DNA of 64,000 nucleotides from an uncultured delta proteobacterium (lineage in GTDB: Bacteria > Myxococcota_A > Polyangia > Fen-1088). The position numbers and the translations under genes are program-made. Below are positions 26,862-37,060 of the stretch, piece by piece (positions within the stretch are counted from its first letter, which is position 1; every line of letters begins with the position of its first letter). The notes beneath the pieces are model-generated. The model worked only from the letters and a program-made list of their open reading frames with translations, was not told the DNA's origin and ran no database searches. The stretch is from contig CAVWIP010000017.1 in the NCBI GenBank assembly GCA_963755125.1, positions 96,001-160,000 of the forward strand, read 5' to 3'.

Positions 26862-27752
26862 ATGAGTCTCGATCTTCTCTTTCAGTATCTGGTGGCCGGC
26901 ATCACCTACGGCACGATCTACGCGATCGTCGCCATCGGCTTCAACATCATCTACAACACCACTGGCATCATCAACTTCGCCCAGGGCGAGTTCGTCATGC
27001 TGGGCGGGATGATCGGGGTGACGTTGCACGCGCTGTTGCCCATGCCGCTCGCCATTGCGGGCGCGGTCATCGCCACCATGCTGGTGGGGGCGCTGATCGA
27101 GATGCTGTTCATTCGCTGGCTGCAACGGCCGTCGGTGTTGCGCCTGATCATCATCACCATCGGGCTGTCCATCGCCATTCGCGAGCTGGCGCTGCTGCTG
27201 TGGGGCGAGGGCGTGCGCGCCTTGCCGTATTTCTCGGGCACGGCGGTGACCTCGCTTTCCGTCGGCGACGTCCACATCTCGCCGCAAGTGCTGTGGGTGC
27301 TCGGCATTTCGGCGGTGATGGTGGTGGCGCTCAACTTCTTCTTCGCACGCACCCTGCTCGGCCGGCAGATGCGCGCCTGCGCCTGCAACCGCGAAGCCGC
27401 GCAACTGTGTGGGATCAGCGCCAAGAACATGGTGACCCTGTCCTTCGTGCTGAGCGCGGGCATTGGCGCCCTGGCCGGCTGTGTGATCTCGCCCATCACC
27501 TACGTGCAGTACGACAGCGGCACCAGCCTGGCCTTGAAAGGGTTCACCGTGGCCATCCTGGGCGGCCTGGGCAACAGTATGGCCGCCATCGTCGCCGGCC
27601 TGTTGCTCGGGACCCTGGAATCCTTCTCGATCTGGGTCATGCCCGCGGCCTACAAGGACGTCATCGCCATCAGCATCCTCTTGCTGATTCTTTTCGTGCG
27701 GCCGTCCGGGCTGTTCGGCAACGCCGAGGCGGCGCGCCTCAAGGACTATTGA
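26862..27752 (+). CDS. livH: Branched-chain amino acid ABC permease
   Basis: GIINFAQGEFVMLG; hydrophobic; ILGGLGN. Confidence 0.92.
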   Translation: MSLDLLFQYLVAGITYGTIYAIVAIGFNIIYNTTGIINFAQGEFVMLGGMIGVTLHALLPMPLAIAGAVIATMLVGALIEMLFIRWLQRPSVLRLIIITIGLSIAIRELALLLWGEGVRALPYFSGTAVTSLSVGDVHISPQVLWVLGISAVMVVALNFFFARTLLGRQMRACACNREAAQLCGISAKNMVTLSFVLSAGIGALAGCVISPITYVQYDSGTSLALKGFTVAILGGLGNSMAAIVAGLLLGTLESFSIWVMPAAYKDVIAISILLLILFVRPSGLFGNAEAARLKDY

Positions 27753-28816
27753 TGGCACAGAGGCGCAATTGGCCCATTGTGATTCTGGCCGTGGCGGTGA
27801 TCGCGGTGCACCTGGCGAGCGCGGCAGCGGGCAAGCCGCAATACCTAACCCAGCTCACCATGGCCGGATACTACTCGCTGGTCATCGTGGGACTCACCTT
27901 GTTGATGGGTTACACCGGCCAGATCTCGCTGGGGCACGCCGGATTTTTCGCCATTGGCGGCTACACCTCGGGCCTGCTGACCACGTACAACCTGCAAGGT
28001 GGCGGGGCATTCGTTTCGCTGCTGCGGGCGACGGGGCTGCTGGTCGCGGGCAAGGATCTGTACGGCGGCGATCTTCTGGTCATGCGTCCGTGGCTGGCCT
28101 GCCTGATTGCGCTGGCGGTGGCTGTGGCGATTGCCTATCTGGTGGGCAAACCGGTTTTGAAGCTGAGAGGCCACTACCTGGCCATGGCCACTTTGGGATT
28201 TGGCACCATCGTGTACAAGGTAGTGCTGGGCAGCAGCCTGGTGGGCGCGGCTGACGGGATCTCGGACATTCCCGCCTTCCCGCTCTTCGCGGGACTGGCA
28301 GTGACGGGAAAATCCGCCCTGCGCGTGCAGAACTACTATGTGGCCTGGGGCCTGGTGCTGGCGGCGATGGCTTTGCTGACCAATCTCATTCACTCGCGGG
28401 TGGGGCGCGCCCTGCGCGCGATTCACGGCGCCGAGGACGCGGCGGACGCCATGGGCGTGGACACCGCCCGTTACAAGCTGCAGGTATTCGTGCTGAGCGC
28501 CGCGCTGGCGGCGCTGGGCGGCGTGTTTCTCACCCACTACAACGGCGGCATTGGTCCTTCCGAGGCCTCTATCATGAAGTCGGTGCGCTACGTGGCCATT
28601 GTGGCCGTCGGCGGAATGGCCAACCTGTGGGGTGCCCTGATCATGGGCGTGTTGCTCAATTTCCTCTCGTTGCGTGGCTCCTTCGGATCGTACGACGACG
28701 CGGTCTTCGGCGTGATTCTCCTGGCCATCATGCTGTTCGCGCCCGACGGGCTGCTGCGCGTGGAACTGGTGCGGCGCCTGCCCAGCATGCGTCGCCTGAG
28801 GGGGCGAGCGCCGTGA
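27752..28816 (+). CDS. livM: Branched-chain amino acid ABC permease
   Basis: GYTGQISLGHAGFFAIGGY; LRGHYLAMATLGFG; ATG overlaps the livH stop. Confidence 0.92.
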   Translation: MAQRRNWPIVILAVAVIAVHLASAAAGKPQYLTQLTMAGYYSLVIVGLTLLMGYTGQISLGHAGFFAIGGYTSGLLTTYNLQGGGAFVSLLRATGLLVAGKDLYGGDLLVMRPWLACLIALAVAVAIAYLVGKPVLKLRGHYLAMATLGFGTIVYKVVLGSSLVGAADGISDIPAFPLFAGLAVTGKSALRVQNYYVAWGLVLAAMALLTNLIHSRVGRALRAIHGAEDAADAMGVDTARYKLQVFVLSAALAALGGVFLTHYNGGIGPSEASIMKSVRYVAIVAVGGMANLWGALIMGVLLNFLSLRGSFGSYDDAVFGVILLAIMLFAPDGLLRVELVRRLPSMRRLRGRAP

Positions 28817-29569
28817 GCCTGCTCGTGGTCAAGAATCTGTGCAAGCGCTTCGGCGGCCTACAGGCGGTGGGCAACGTCAGTTTCACCGTCGCTGCCGGCA
28901 GCATCAAGGCGCTCATCGGTCCCAACGGCGCCGGCAAGACGACCCTTTTCAACCTGATCTTCGGCGCACTGCCGCCCGACTCGGGCCAGGTGTGGTTTGC
29001 CGGCAAGCAGACCGACGGCTGGAAACCGCATCAGGTGGCGGCTGCGGGAATGGCGCGCACCTTCCAGCACATCCGCCTGTTTCCCAAGATGACCGCCTGG
29101 GAGAACATCGCGGTCGGCCGGCACGCGCACAGCCGGTCCGGTTTTCTGTCCAGCTTGCTCGGGCTGCCCTGGACCAGACGCGAGCAACGGGCCGTGCGCG
29201 AGAAGGCACTGGACATAATGCGCTTCCTCGGTGTGGAAGATCGCGCTGAGGTCGAGGCCAGCAGCTTGGCCTATGGCCAGCAACGCATCGTCGAGCTGGG
29301 CCGGGCGCTTGCCTGCGAGCCCAAGCTGCTCCTGCTCGACGAGCCGGCTGCCGGGCTCAACATGCGCGAGACCAGCGAGATGGCGAAGTTGATCGCGCGC
29401 ATCCGCGACACCGGCGTCACCGTGCTGCTGGTCGAACACGACATGACCCTGGTGATGAACATCTCGGACGAGATCCTGGTGTTGAGCTACGGCGAAAAGA
29501 TCGCCGACGACAGGCCGCTGGCCATCCAGAAGCATCCCGAGGTGATCGAGGTCTACCTGGGAGAGGACG

Positions 29570-29577
<8 letters not shown>
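28813..29577 (+). CDS. livG: Branched-chain amino acid ABC ATP-binding protein
   Basis: KRFGGLQAV, GPNGAGKTT, ARTFQ, LDEPAAG, VEHDM. Confidence 0.93.
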
Positions 29578-30318
<741 letters not shown>

Positions 30319-30322
<4 letters not shown>

Positions 30323-31602
30323 CCATGGTCTGGGAGCCCGAAAAGGAATGCATGCAAAGGGACGAGCTGCGCCAGTTACAACTCGAACAACTCCAGGCGG
30401 TGCTGGCGCGGGTCTACATGCACGTGCCCTTTTATCGCAAGCAGTTCGATGCGTGCAAAGTCGACCCCGACGATTTCCGCAGCCTCGACGACGTGCGCCA
30501 GCTGCCGTTCACCAGCAAGGCCGACCTGCAGGAGAACTATCCCTATGGCCTGTTCGCCGTGCCTCTGCGCGAGGTGGTGCGCATCCACGCCTCGGCCTGC
30601 ATGTCCACCGTGGTGGGCTACACGCGCAACGACATCAAGACCTGGTCGAATCTGGTCGCGCGCGTGCTGGGCGCCGGGGGTGTGGGCAAGGACGATGTGG
30701 TGCAGATCGCCTACGGCTACGATCTATCGACCGGCGGTTTCGGCATCCACTATGGCGCCGAACGCATCGGAGCCTCGGTCATTCCCACCTCGACCGGAAA
30801 CACTGCCCGCCAGATCAAGATCATGCGCGATTTCAAGACCACCGCGCTGGTGTGTACGCCCAGCTACGCCCTGCTCATCGCGGAAACCATCCACAAGCAG
30901 GGCATCAATCCAGGCGTGTTGTCATTGAAGTACGGCCTGTTTGGCGGCGAGCCGTGGTCCGAGGCCGTGCGACAGGAGATCCAGGACAAGCTGCACATCG
31001 TGGCCACGGACAATTATGGCGTATCCGAGGTGATGGGGCCGGGCGTGGCCAGCGAGTGCACGGAGCGCAATGGGCTGCATATCAATGAAGACCATTTCTT
31101 GGTCGAGGTGGTCGATCCGAAGACGCTCAATCCCTTGCCGGTGGGCGAGACCGGCGAGCTGGTCATCACCACCTTGACCAAAGAGGCGTTCCCGGTGATT
31201 CGTTTCCGCACGCGCGATTTGACCAGTTTGCTGGCCGAGCCGTGCCCGTGCGGTCGCAAGACCATGCGCATGGCGCGCGTCGCGGGTCGCAGCGACGATG
31301 TACTGATCATTCGCGGAACCAAGGTGTCGCCCTCGCAGATCGCGACTTTGTTGGGCGAAATCGAGGGCCAGGTGCCGCCGCACCAGGTGGTGGTGGAACG
31401 TCCGGGCGCGCTCGACGAAGTGACTGTGCTGATCGCGCCCGGCGAATCGGGCGCCTTTGACGAGCTTCGCAAGCAGCACGAGCGCCTGGCCGCCATCGAA
31501 CGGCGACTGTCGTCCGAGCTGGGCCTGTCGATCAACGTGAAGCTTGTCGAGCGCAAGTCGGTCGAATCCGGCCCGCGTGTGCTGGATAAACGAAAGGCCT
31601 GA
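30319..31602 (+). CDS. paaK: Phenylacetate-CoA ligase family protein (shortened P-loop)
   Basis: PFTSKADL...YPYGLFAVP, CTPSYA, GGEPWSE, DNYGVSEVMGPGVA, HINEDHF, RFRTRD, GRSDD. Confidence 0.88.
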
Positions 31603-31644
31603 ACCCGCACGCGGATCCCGGCCTTTTCGTCCGCGAAGACGGTG

Positions 31645-32553
31645 CTACTTCTTGTCCTCGTACATCTTGGCGACGTAGGTGACAACAATGAAGAGGTTGT
31701 GGGAGACGTCCGTGATGTCGCTCGAGTCGGTGGGGTTGGCGTCGAGCTCGAGCATGTACATCGGCGCAACAGTGAGGGTAGGCGTGACTTTGAAGTCAAT
31801 GCCGACGTATGTGCGATTCTGGCGGAATCCGTCCTTCCAGTAGCCGGTGGACTTGAAGCCACCCCCGTTGGCGATCTTGCTGGTGTCGCTGTCCTCAGCG
31901 ATTCCGAAGAACACTTCGTCAGCCAGCAAGACGCCCAGCCGGTCGGTGAGCGCGTAGCGGCCCTGGAGCAGTTCGCGCAGCACGGTGCCCCAGCCCCACC
32001 GCTGATCGTTGACGCTGAGACCAAGGGATGTCTGAGGGGTGTTGTAGGCGTCGGAGTAGAAGGTGTTGTGGAAGATCACGCGGTCGAAGATCGACCAGCG
32101 CCCAATGCGGTATTCTGCCGTCGGAATGATCTCGAGGTTGTGCTCGAAGGTGTAGGTCGACTGGCAGTTCGATGCCGTAGCTGACAGTTGGAGGTTACAG
32201 GCGAGGGTCGTATAGTCCGGCCCCTGCAATGCTTGGCGGCCGCGCGTGGGGTATCCCTGGTAGTAGTACCAGAGCGATCCCTTGAAGGTGAAGTTGTTCC
32301 ATTTGTAGGTGAAATTCGGGCCGATGTAGAACTCGATGAACTGGAGGCCCGCCGCGTCCTCACGCGAGCGCGCGTATTCCAGGCGCGCGCCGGGCATGAC
32401 GGTGAAGCTCCACTGGGGCGTGAATGCCAGGGTGAGATTCTGGTCGTACCAGATCCGGCCCTCCTGCTTGGTGGGAGGGTCTGCCGCCCGGGCGACCCCG
32501 ACAAGTGCAACCAATGAACATAGGCTGATGGCAATGACTGACAACCGTTTCAT
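31645..32553 (-). CDS. Outer-membrane beta-barrel protein (DUF2490-like)
   Basis: Signal peptide; alternating beta strands; ADEVFF...FRQNRTYVG motif. Confidence 0.7.
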   Translation of the reverse strand: MKRLSVIAISLCSLVALVGVARAADPPTKQEGRIWYDQNLTLAFTPQWSFTVMPGARLEYARSREDAAGLQFIEFYIGPNFTYKWNNFTFKGSLWYYYQGYPTRGRQALQGPDYTTLACNLQLSATASNCQSTYTFEHNLEIIPTAEYRIGRWSIFDRVIFHNTFYSDAYNTPQTSLGLSVNDQRWGWGTVLRELLQGRYALTDRLGVLLADEVFFGIAEDSDTSKIANGGGFKSTGYWKDGFRQNRTYVGIDFKVTPTLTVAPMYMLELDANPTDSSDITDVSHNLFIVVTYVAKMYEDKK

Positions 32554-32709
32554 GTGCTCTCCCTTGTAGAATGCCGCAAAACTTGCGCGTCGTTGTTAAC
32601 ACGAGTCAAAAGAAAGCGGAAGGATTCCAGGGAAAGGCGTGGGTGTTTTTCTGGCGCAGCGCGAGAAGGATTATTTGCCGGCCATGATTAGCGCTCCTAG
32701 CATCCGAGC

Positions 32710-33090
32710 ATGCTGCTTGAACGTCGACGTGCCGACCGAGATCGCCGCCACGACGGCCGCGTCTCGGCCGTGTTCGCAGTTCGCAACCTGATCGGCTCAA
32801 GCCTCCAGCTTGGCCAGGCCGAGGACATCGCGCCCACCGGGATCACCCTGCGGCGTCCGCGCGACGTGCCTGTGTTGCCGCAGACGCCTCTTACTCTCCT
32901 CTTCGATCTGCCTGGTGCCGGGGCGCGCATCCGCGTCGGCGGTCTGGTGGTCACGGATCGGCGGTCCGGGCCCTTCCGCCGCACCGGCGTGCAATTCACC
33001 GACATTTCATCGGAGAGCGCTGCTCTGCTCGCCGAATTCTGTGCCCGCAGGGTCGCAAGCCCGAGGGGGATGACTATGAATCCTCGATGA
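32710..33090 (+). CDS. PilZ-domain protein
   Basis: DRRHDGR...AEDIAPTGI...GVQFTDIS. Confidence 0.7.
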   Translation: MLLERRRADRDRRHDGRVSAVFAVRNLIGSSLQLGQAEDIAPTGITLRRPRDVPVLPQTPLTLLFDLPGAGARIRVGGLVVTDRRSGPFRRTGVQFTDISSESAALLAEFCARRVASPRGMTMNPR

Positions 33091-34591
33091 GAATCTCGCG
33101 TCGCCGCCCGCCTGACCGATGACCAGGCTGAGCGATCAGCCGGGCCACACCCCAGGCTGCAACGAAGTCGCCCTCACACCCGAGCCCAGGTAAATTCTCC
33201 GCGTTTGCCAGGAAGATGTTGCTGATCCCCGTGGCGACGGGCGCGCCCCCGATGCCCAGCATGCGAGGCAGATCACAACTGAGCGCGGGCGCCATCGGTG
33301 CGGGTGGCACCGGGTCGAGCGTGGCGGGCTTCTCCCCCGGCGCCTGCGGGCCCAGCTCGGGCGGCAGCCCATCGTGCGGCGAGGCCAGCACCCAGAGGTG
33401 CTGATCGCTGAAGGGTAGCAATCGCGCGATCTCCTCGCGCACGCGAGCACGGACCACCGCGAGGTAGCCCAGGCTCGCCGCAGCGCTGGCCGGGACCAGG
33501 CACTCGACCCAGACCGGGATGCGGTTGGGCTGGCGGGGCGGGGGAGATCCCACAGTGATGTGAAGGGCGTTGTCCTCCAGGATCGGCTTGGCCGGATCGC
33601 GCACGGAGAGAACCCGCGGGCCCATGCCCTCGGGCAGTGCCTCGGGACGAAGGAGCAGGCACAAGGTGTATCGGAAACAGGCAGGGCGGATGGCCGCTGC
33701 GGTCTCGCGCAAACGGCGCGGGGCTGTGTCCCCGCACAGGGCAAGCAGCGACGCCGCCGGGCCTGCCCAGATGAGCCGGCCGAGCCCGATGGTTTCCCCA
33801 CGCGGCCGCGCACGCAGGCCCGTGACATTGCCCCGCTTCCAGACCAGCTCGTGCGGCACCAGCCGCTCGCGCACCTCGCCTGAGAAACTCTCGATCTTGT
33901 CGGTGAACAGAGCGCGCAGCTCTCCGCCGCCGCCCAGCCGGAAGACCCCGCGTCGGGCTCCGTCGAAGGCGCGGGCTTGGGTCATGGAGGTGACGTCTCC
34001 CGGCGAGAAGCCGCTGGTCAGGGCGGCCAGCGCGGCCATTCCCGCGCGCATGGGGTGATACGGCGGCAGCGCGGCCAGCCAGTCGGCATCGAGAGGAGGA
34101 AGCTGGCTCTGTATGCGGCCGACGTCGCGCCTTTCCCAGAAGCCATCGGGGGGCAGGGTGACATCGGAGCCGAGCAAAGGATCCAGCACCGCGCTGTTGT
34201 TGCGCAAGCGGGCCAGGGTCTCCTCCACCACGGCGCAGTCAGAGGGGAATTCGCGGCGCAACTCGGTGGAGAGGGCATCGGAGTCGCTGCCCAAGGAGAT
34301 GCGGTGCTGCGGGAAGATGATCTGCAGCCCGGGCTGCAAGGCCGGCGCGCGCCGGCGAATCACCTGCGCGTGGCCAAGCTCGCGCATCACCCGCGCCACC
34401 GGTTCGGCATCAGGCGGTGGCAGAAGGCCGGGCTCGCGTGCCAGGGTGTAGGGCCCAGCCTGGAAGGTGGCTGGCTGGCGGTCGTGTCCGCACAGAAGCA
34501 CGCGCTGCCCGCGGCGGCTGAGCAGGGCCGCCGCGATCAGCCCGGCCAGGTCCGGGCCGCACACCACGACCTCGAAGTAGTTGGTGTCCAC
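33074..34591 (-). CDS. FAD/NAD(P)-binding oxidoreductase (phytoene desaturase-like)
   Basis: N-terminal Rossmann-like FEVVVCGPDLAGLIAAALLSRRGQRVLL; C-terminal TGISNIFLA...PGLG.EG. Confidence 0.75.
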   Translation of the reverse strand: MDTNYFEVVVCGPDLAGLIAAALLSRRGQRVLLCGHDRQPATFQAGPYTLAREPGLLPPPDAEPVARVMRELGHAQVIRRRAPALQPGLQIIFPQHRISLGSDSDALSTELRREFPSDCAVVEETLARLRNNSAVLDPLLGSDVTLPPDGFWERRDVGRIQSQLPPLDADWLAALPPYHPMRAGMAALAALTSGFSPGDVTSMTQARAFDGARRGVFRLGGGGELRALFTDKIESFSGEVRERLVPHELVWKRGNVTGLRARPRGETIGLGRLIWAGPAASLLALCGDTAPRRLRETAAAIRPACFRYTLCLLLRPEALPEGMGPRVLSVRDPAKPILEDNALHITVGSPPPRQPNRIPVWVECLVPASAAASLGYLAVVRARVREEIARLLPFSDQHLWVLASPHDGLPPELGPQAPGEKPATLDPVPPAPMAPALSCDLPRMLGIGGAPVATGISNIFLANAENLPGLGCEGDFVAAWGVARLIAQPGHRSGGRRREILIEDS

Positions 34592-34598
34592 GACCGGG

Positions 34599-34640
34599 CA
34601 ACAGTCTACGGCTCACGGCTCGCAGTCAACAGGAACTAGG
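34599..34640. repeat. Degenerate 7-nt tandem repeat
   Basis: CAACAGT-CTACGGC-TCACGGC-TCGCAGT-CAACAGG-AACTAGG. Confidence 0.5.
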
Positions 34641-34717
34641 AAGGATTCGGAGCAGGGGACGGTGGTGGGGACGGAGACGGAGACGGGGTCCGTGACCAGG
34701 CCCCGCCAGGATGAGGC

Positions 34718-35053
34718 TCAGCGTTTCGGGTGGGTCAGCCGCCACAGAATGGCGACGATGCGGTCGAGCAGCGCGTAGGCCGGGGCGGCCTGGGCCTGGG
34801 CGACGTAGCCCCAGGTCGTGGCCAGGGTCAAGGCGGTGCGCACCTCGGCGGCGCTGCCCGCGGCCACCCGGTACAGGTGAAATCGATCGCGGCCAGTGCG
34901 CTGGGAGCCTTCGGCGAGGCACATGGCCACCGAGCTGGCGGCACGGCGAATCTGGCGGCACAGATCAGGATCGCGACGGTTGATCGGATCGAGGAGCGGG
35001 CGCAGGGCCGAGGCAGCTTGCAGAGCGAGGTCGTAGGCGTCGAATCGGGACAT
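34718..35053 (-). CDS. Four-helix-bundle protein (23S rRNA-IVP/Avd-like), copy 1
   Basis: DLCRQIRRAASSVAMCLAEG...FHLYRVAAGSAAEVRTAL; 111 aa; GGAG RBS. Confidence 0.9.
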   Translation of the reverse strand: MSRFDAYDLALQAASALRPLLDPINRRDPDLCRQIRRAASSVAMCLAEGSQRTGRDRFHLYRVAAGSAAEVRTALTLATTWGYVAQAQAAPAYALLDRIVAILWRLTHPKR

Positions 35054-35397
35054 GACGGTCTCTCCTTCCGGGCGGCCCTTCATGGGCCGTCCGGCCAGGC
35101 GACGGCCGGCGAGGCGGGTTGGGCAAGGAAAAGATCGTCAGCCGTCGTCACCACGGCCAAGGCACGATGGACGCTGATTCCCAGAGCCGTGAACTGAGAC
35201 TGGCCACGTCGACCCTTCGGGTCATCTCGGCGGGCGATCTTGGCGCGCCGCCAGCCGCAATTCCGCCGTTGGCCCGCAAGGTACGAGTTGCAAGGCCTGC
35301 AACCGGGACCTTGACCGGCCAGGGAAGGTCTTGCGGCTTTTGCAACCGGTACATCCACCGGTGATTGAAGCTCTTGCAGCCGTTGAACCGCTACCTT

Positions 35398-35445
35398 GGC
35401 CGAGGCAGCTTGCAGAGCGAGGTCGTAGGCATCGAATCGGGACAT
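35398..35445 (-). pseudogene. 5' stub of a third four-helix-bundle gene
   Basis: MSRFDAYDLALQAASA, then unrelated sequence; upstream leader conserved. Confidence 0.8.
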
Positions 35446-35701
35446 GGCGGTCTCTCCCTCCGGGCGGCCCTTCATGGGCCGTGCCGCCAGGCGGCGGCCG
35501 GGAGTTGGGCAAAGGTAAGATCGTCAGCTGTCGTCACCAACGATGGACGCGGGCTCCTCCACGCTGCCTGGGTCGGCGTCCTACGACCACCCGTCTTCCC
35601 CAACGCGACCCCCAGTCGAACTTGCGGCGTGCCCAACTCGCCTCGCCGGCCGACCCACGGCCAGACGGCCCATGAAGGGCCACCCGGAAGGAGAGACCGC
35701 C

Positions 35702-36037
35702 ATGTCCCGATTCGATGCCTACGACCTCGCTCTGCAAGCTGCCTCGGCCCTGCGCCCGCTCCTCGATCCGATCAACCGTCGCGATCCTGATCTGTGCCGC
35801 CAGATTCGCCGTGCCGCCAGCTCGGTGGCCATGTGCCTCGCCGAAGGCTCCCAGCGCACTGGCCGCGATCGATTTCACCTGTACCGGGTGGCCGCGGGCA
35901 GTGCCGCCGAGGTGCGCACCGCCTTGGCCCTGGCCACGACCTGGGGCTACGTCGCCCAGGCCCAGGCCGCCCCGGCCTACGCGCTGCTCGACCGCATCGT
36001 CGCCATTCTGTGGCGGCTGACCCACCCGAAACGCTGA
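35702..36037 (+). CDS. Four-helix-bundle protein (23S rRNA-IVP/Avd-like), copy 2
   Basis: Identical to copy 1 except one T/A substitution. Confidence 0.9.
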   Translation: MSRFDAYDLALQAASALRPLLDPINRRDPDLCRQIRRAASSVAMCLAEGSQRTGRDRFHLYRVAAGSAAEVRTALALATTWGYVAQAQAAPAYALLDRIVAILWRLTHPKR

Positions 36038-36151
36038 GCCTCATCCTGACGGGGCCCTGTCACGGACCCCGTCTCCGTCCCCGCCCCCTCCGAATCCCAC
36101 GGACGTCGCTCATGGTTGACAGATCATCGTCGGCGGTCGAAATTGGGGATC

Positions 36152-37033
36152 GTGTCCGAAAAACTCCCCATCGTCTGGTATCGACGAAGCAAGAAACAGA
36201 ACGAGCCCGCCACTGAGAAGCGCAGCATTCCGGCGGGCGTGTTCACCAAGTGTCCCGCGTGTCGCGAGGCGCTTCTCACCGGGGACGTGCACAAGAACCT
36301 GGATGTGTGCACGAACTGCGGGCACCACTTTGCCATGGCCACGCGCGATCGCGTCGCCTCCATCATGGACAAGGGCAGCCTCATCGAGCACGACGCGCAC
36401 GTCGAGAGCGTCGACCCGCTGGGCTTTCGCGATTCGAAGAAGTACAGCGATCGCGTGAAATCCACGCGCAAGGCCTCGGGCGAGGTGGAGGCCCTGATCG
36501 CGGTCGCCGGCCGCATCGCCAACATCGCAGTCGAGGCGGGCTTCTTCGTGTTCGAGTTCATGGGCGGTTCCATGGGGTCGGTAGTGGGCGAGAAGATCAC
36601 CCGCGTGTTCGAGCGTGCTCTGGAACGCCGCGTGCCGGCCCTCATCTTCTCTGCCTCGGGCGGAGCGCGCATGCAGGAGGGGATCCTTTCGCTCATGCAG
36701 ATGGCCAAAACCAGCGCCGCCATCGCGCGCTTGCGGGACGCGCATGTGCCGATGCTGTCCATCTTGTTGCACCCCACCACCGGGGGCGTGGCGGCCAGCT
36801 TTTCCATGCTGGGCGATCTACACATCGCAGAGCCCAAGGCGCTCATCGGCTTTGCCGGCCCGCGCGTGATCCAGAACACCATCCGCCAGAACCTGCCACC
36901 GGGGTTCCAGCGCTCCGAGTTCCTGCTCAGTCACGGATTCGTGGACATCATCGTGCCCCGCAAGGAGCTGAAGGCGACCATTGCGTTGGCCTTGCGTTGG
37001 ATGGGAACGCCGGCGGTGACAACCCGCAACTGA
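36152..37033 (+). CDS. accD: Acetyl-CoA carboxylase carboxyltransferase beta subunit
   Basis: KCPAC...VCTNCGHH zinc finger; FMGGSMGSVVGEK; SGGARMQEG; PTTGGV; GFAGPRVI. Confidence 0.97.
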   Translation: MSEKLPIVWYRRSKKQNEPATEKRSIPAGVFTKCPACREALLTGDVHKNLDVCTNCGHHFAMATRDRVASIMDKGSLIEHDAHVESVDPLGFRDSKKYSDRVKSTRKASGEVEALIAVAGRIANIAVEAGFFVFEFMGGSMGSVVGEKITRVFERALERRVPALIFSASGGARMQEGILSLMQMAKTSAAIARLRDAHVPMLSILLHPTTGGVAASFSMLGDLHIAEPKALIGFAGPRVIQNTIRQNLPPGFQRSEFLLSHGFVDIIVPRKELKATIALALRWMGTPAVTTRN

Positions 37034-37060
37034 CGAAACGAATCGGTCGCCAGCCTTCCC

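Larger units (their letters stand above)
34643..36097. repeat. Inverted repeat of about 480 bp (34643-35125 vs 35630-36097), plus a third partial copy (35398-35550)
   Basis: The gene and both flanks match in reverse complement, including the terminal GGATTCGGAG and GGACGGAGACGG 6-mer tracts. Confidence 0.93.

Noticed and set aside
34643..36097. Diversity-generating retroelement
   Set aside because: Avd-like fold only; no reverse transcriptase and no TR/VR pair with adenine-specific differences in the window.
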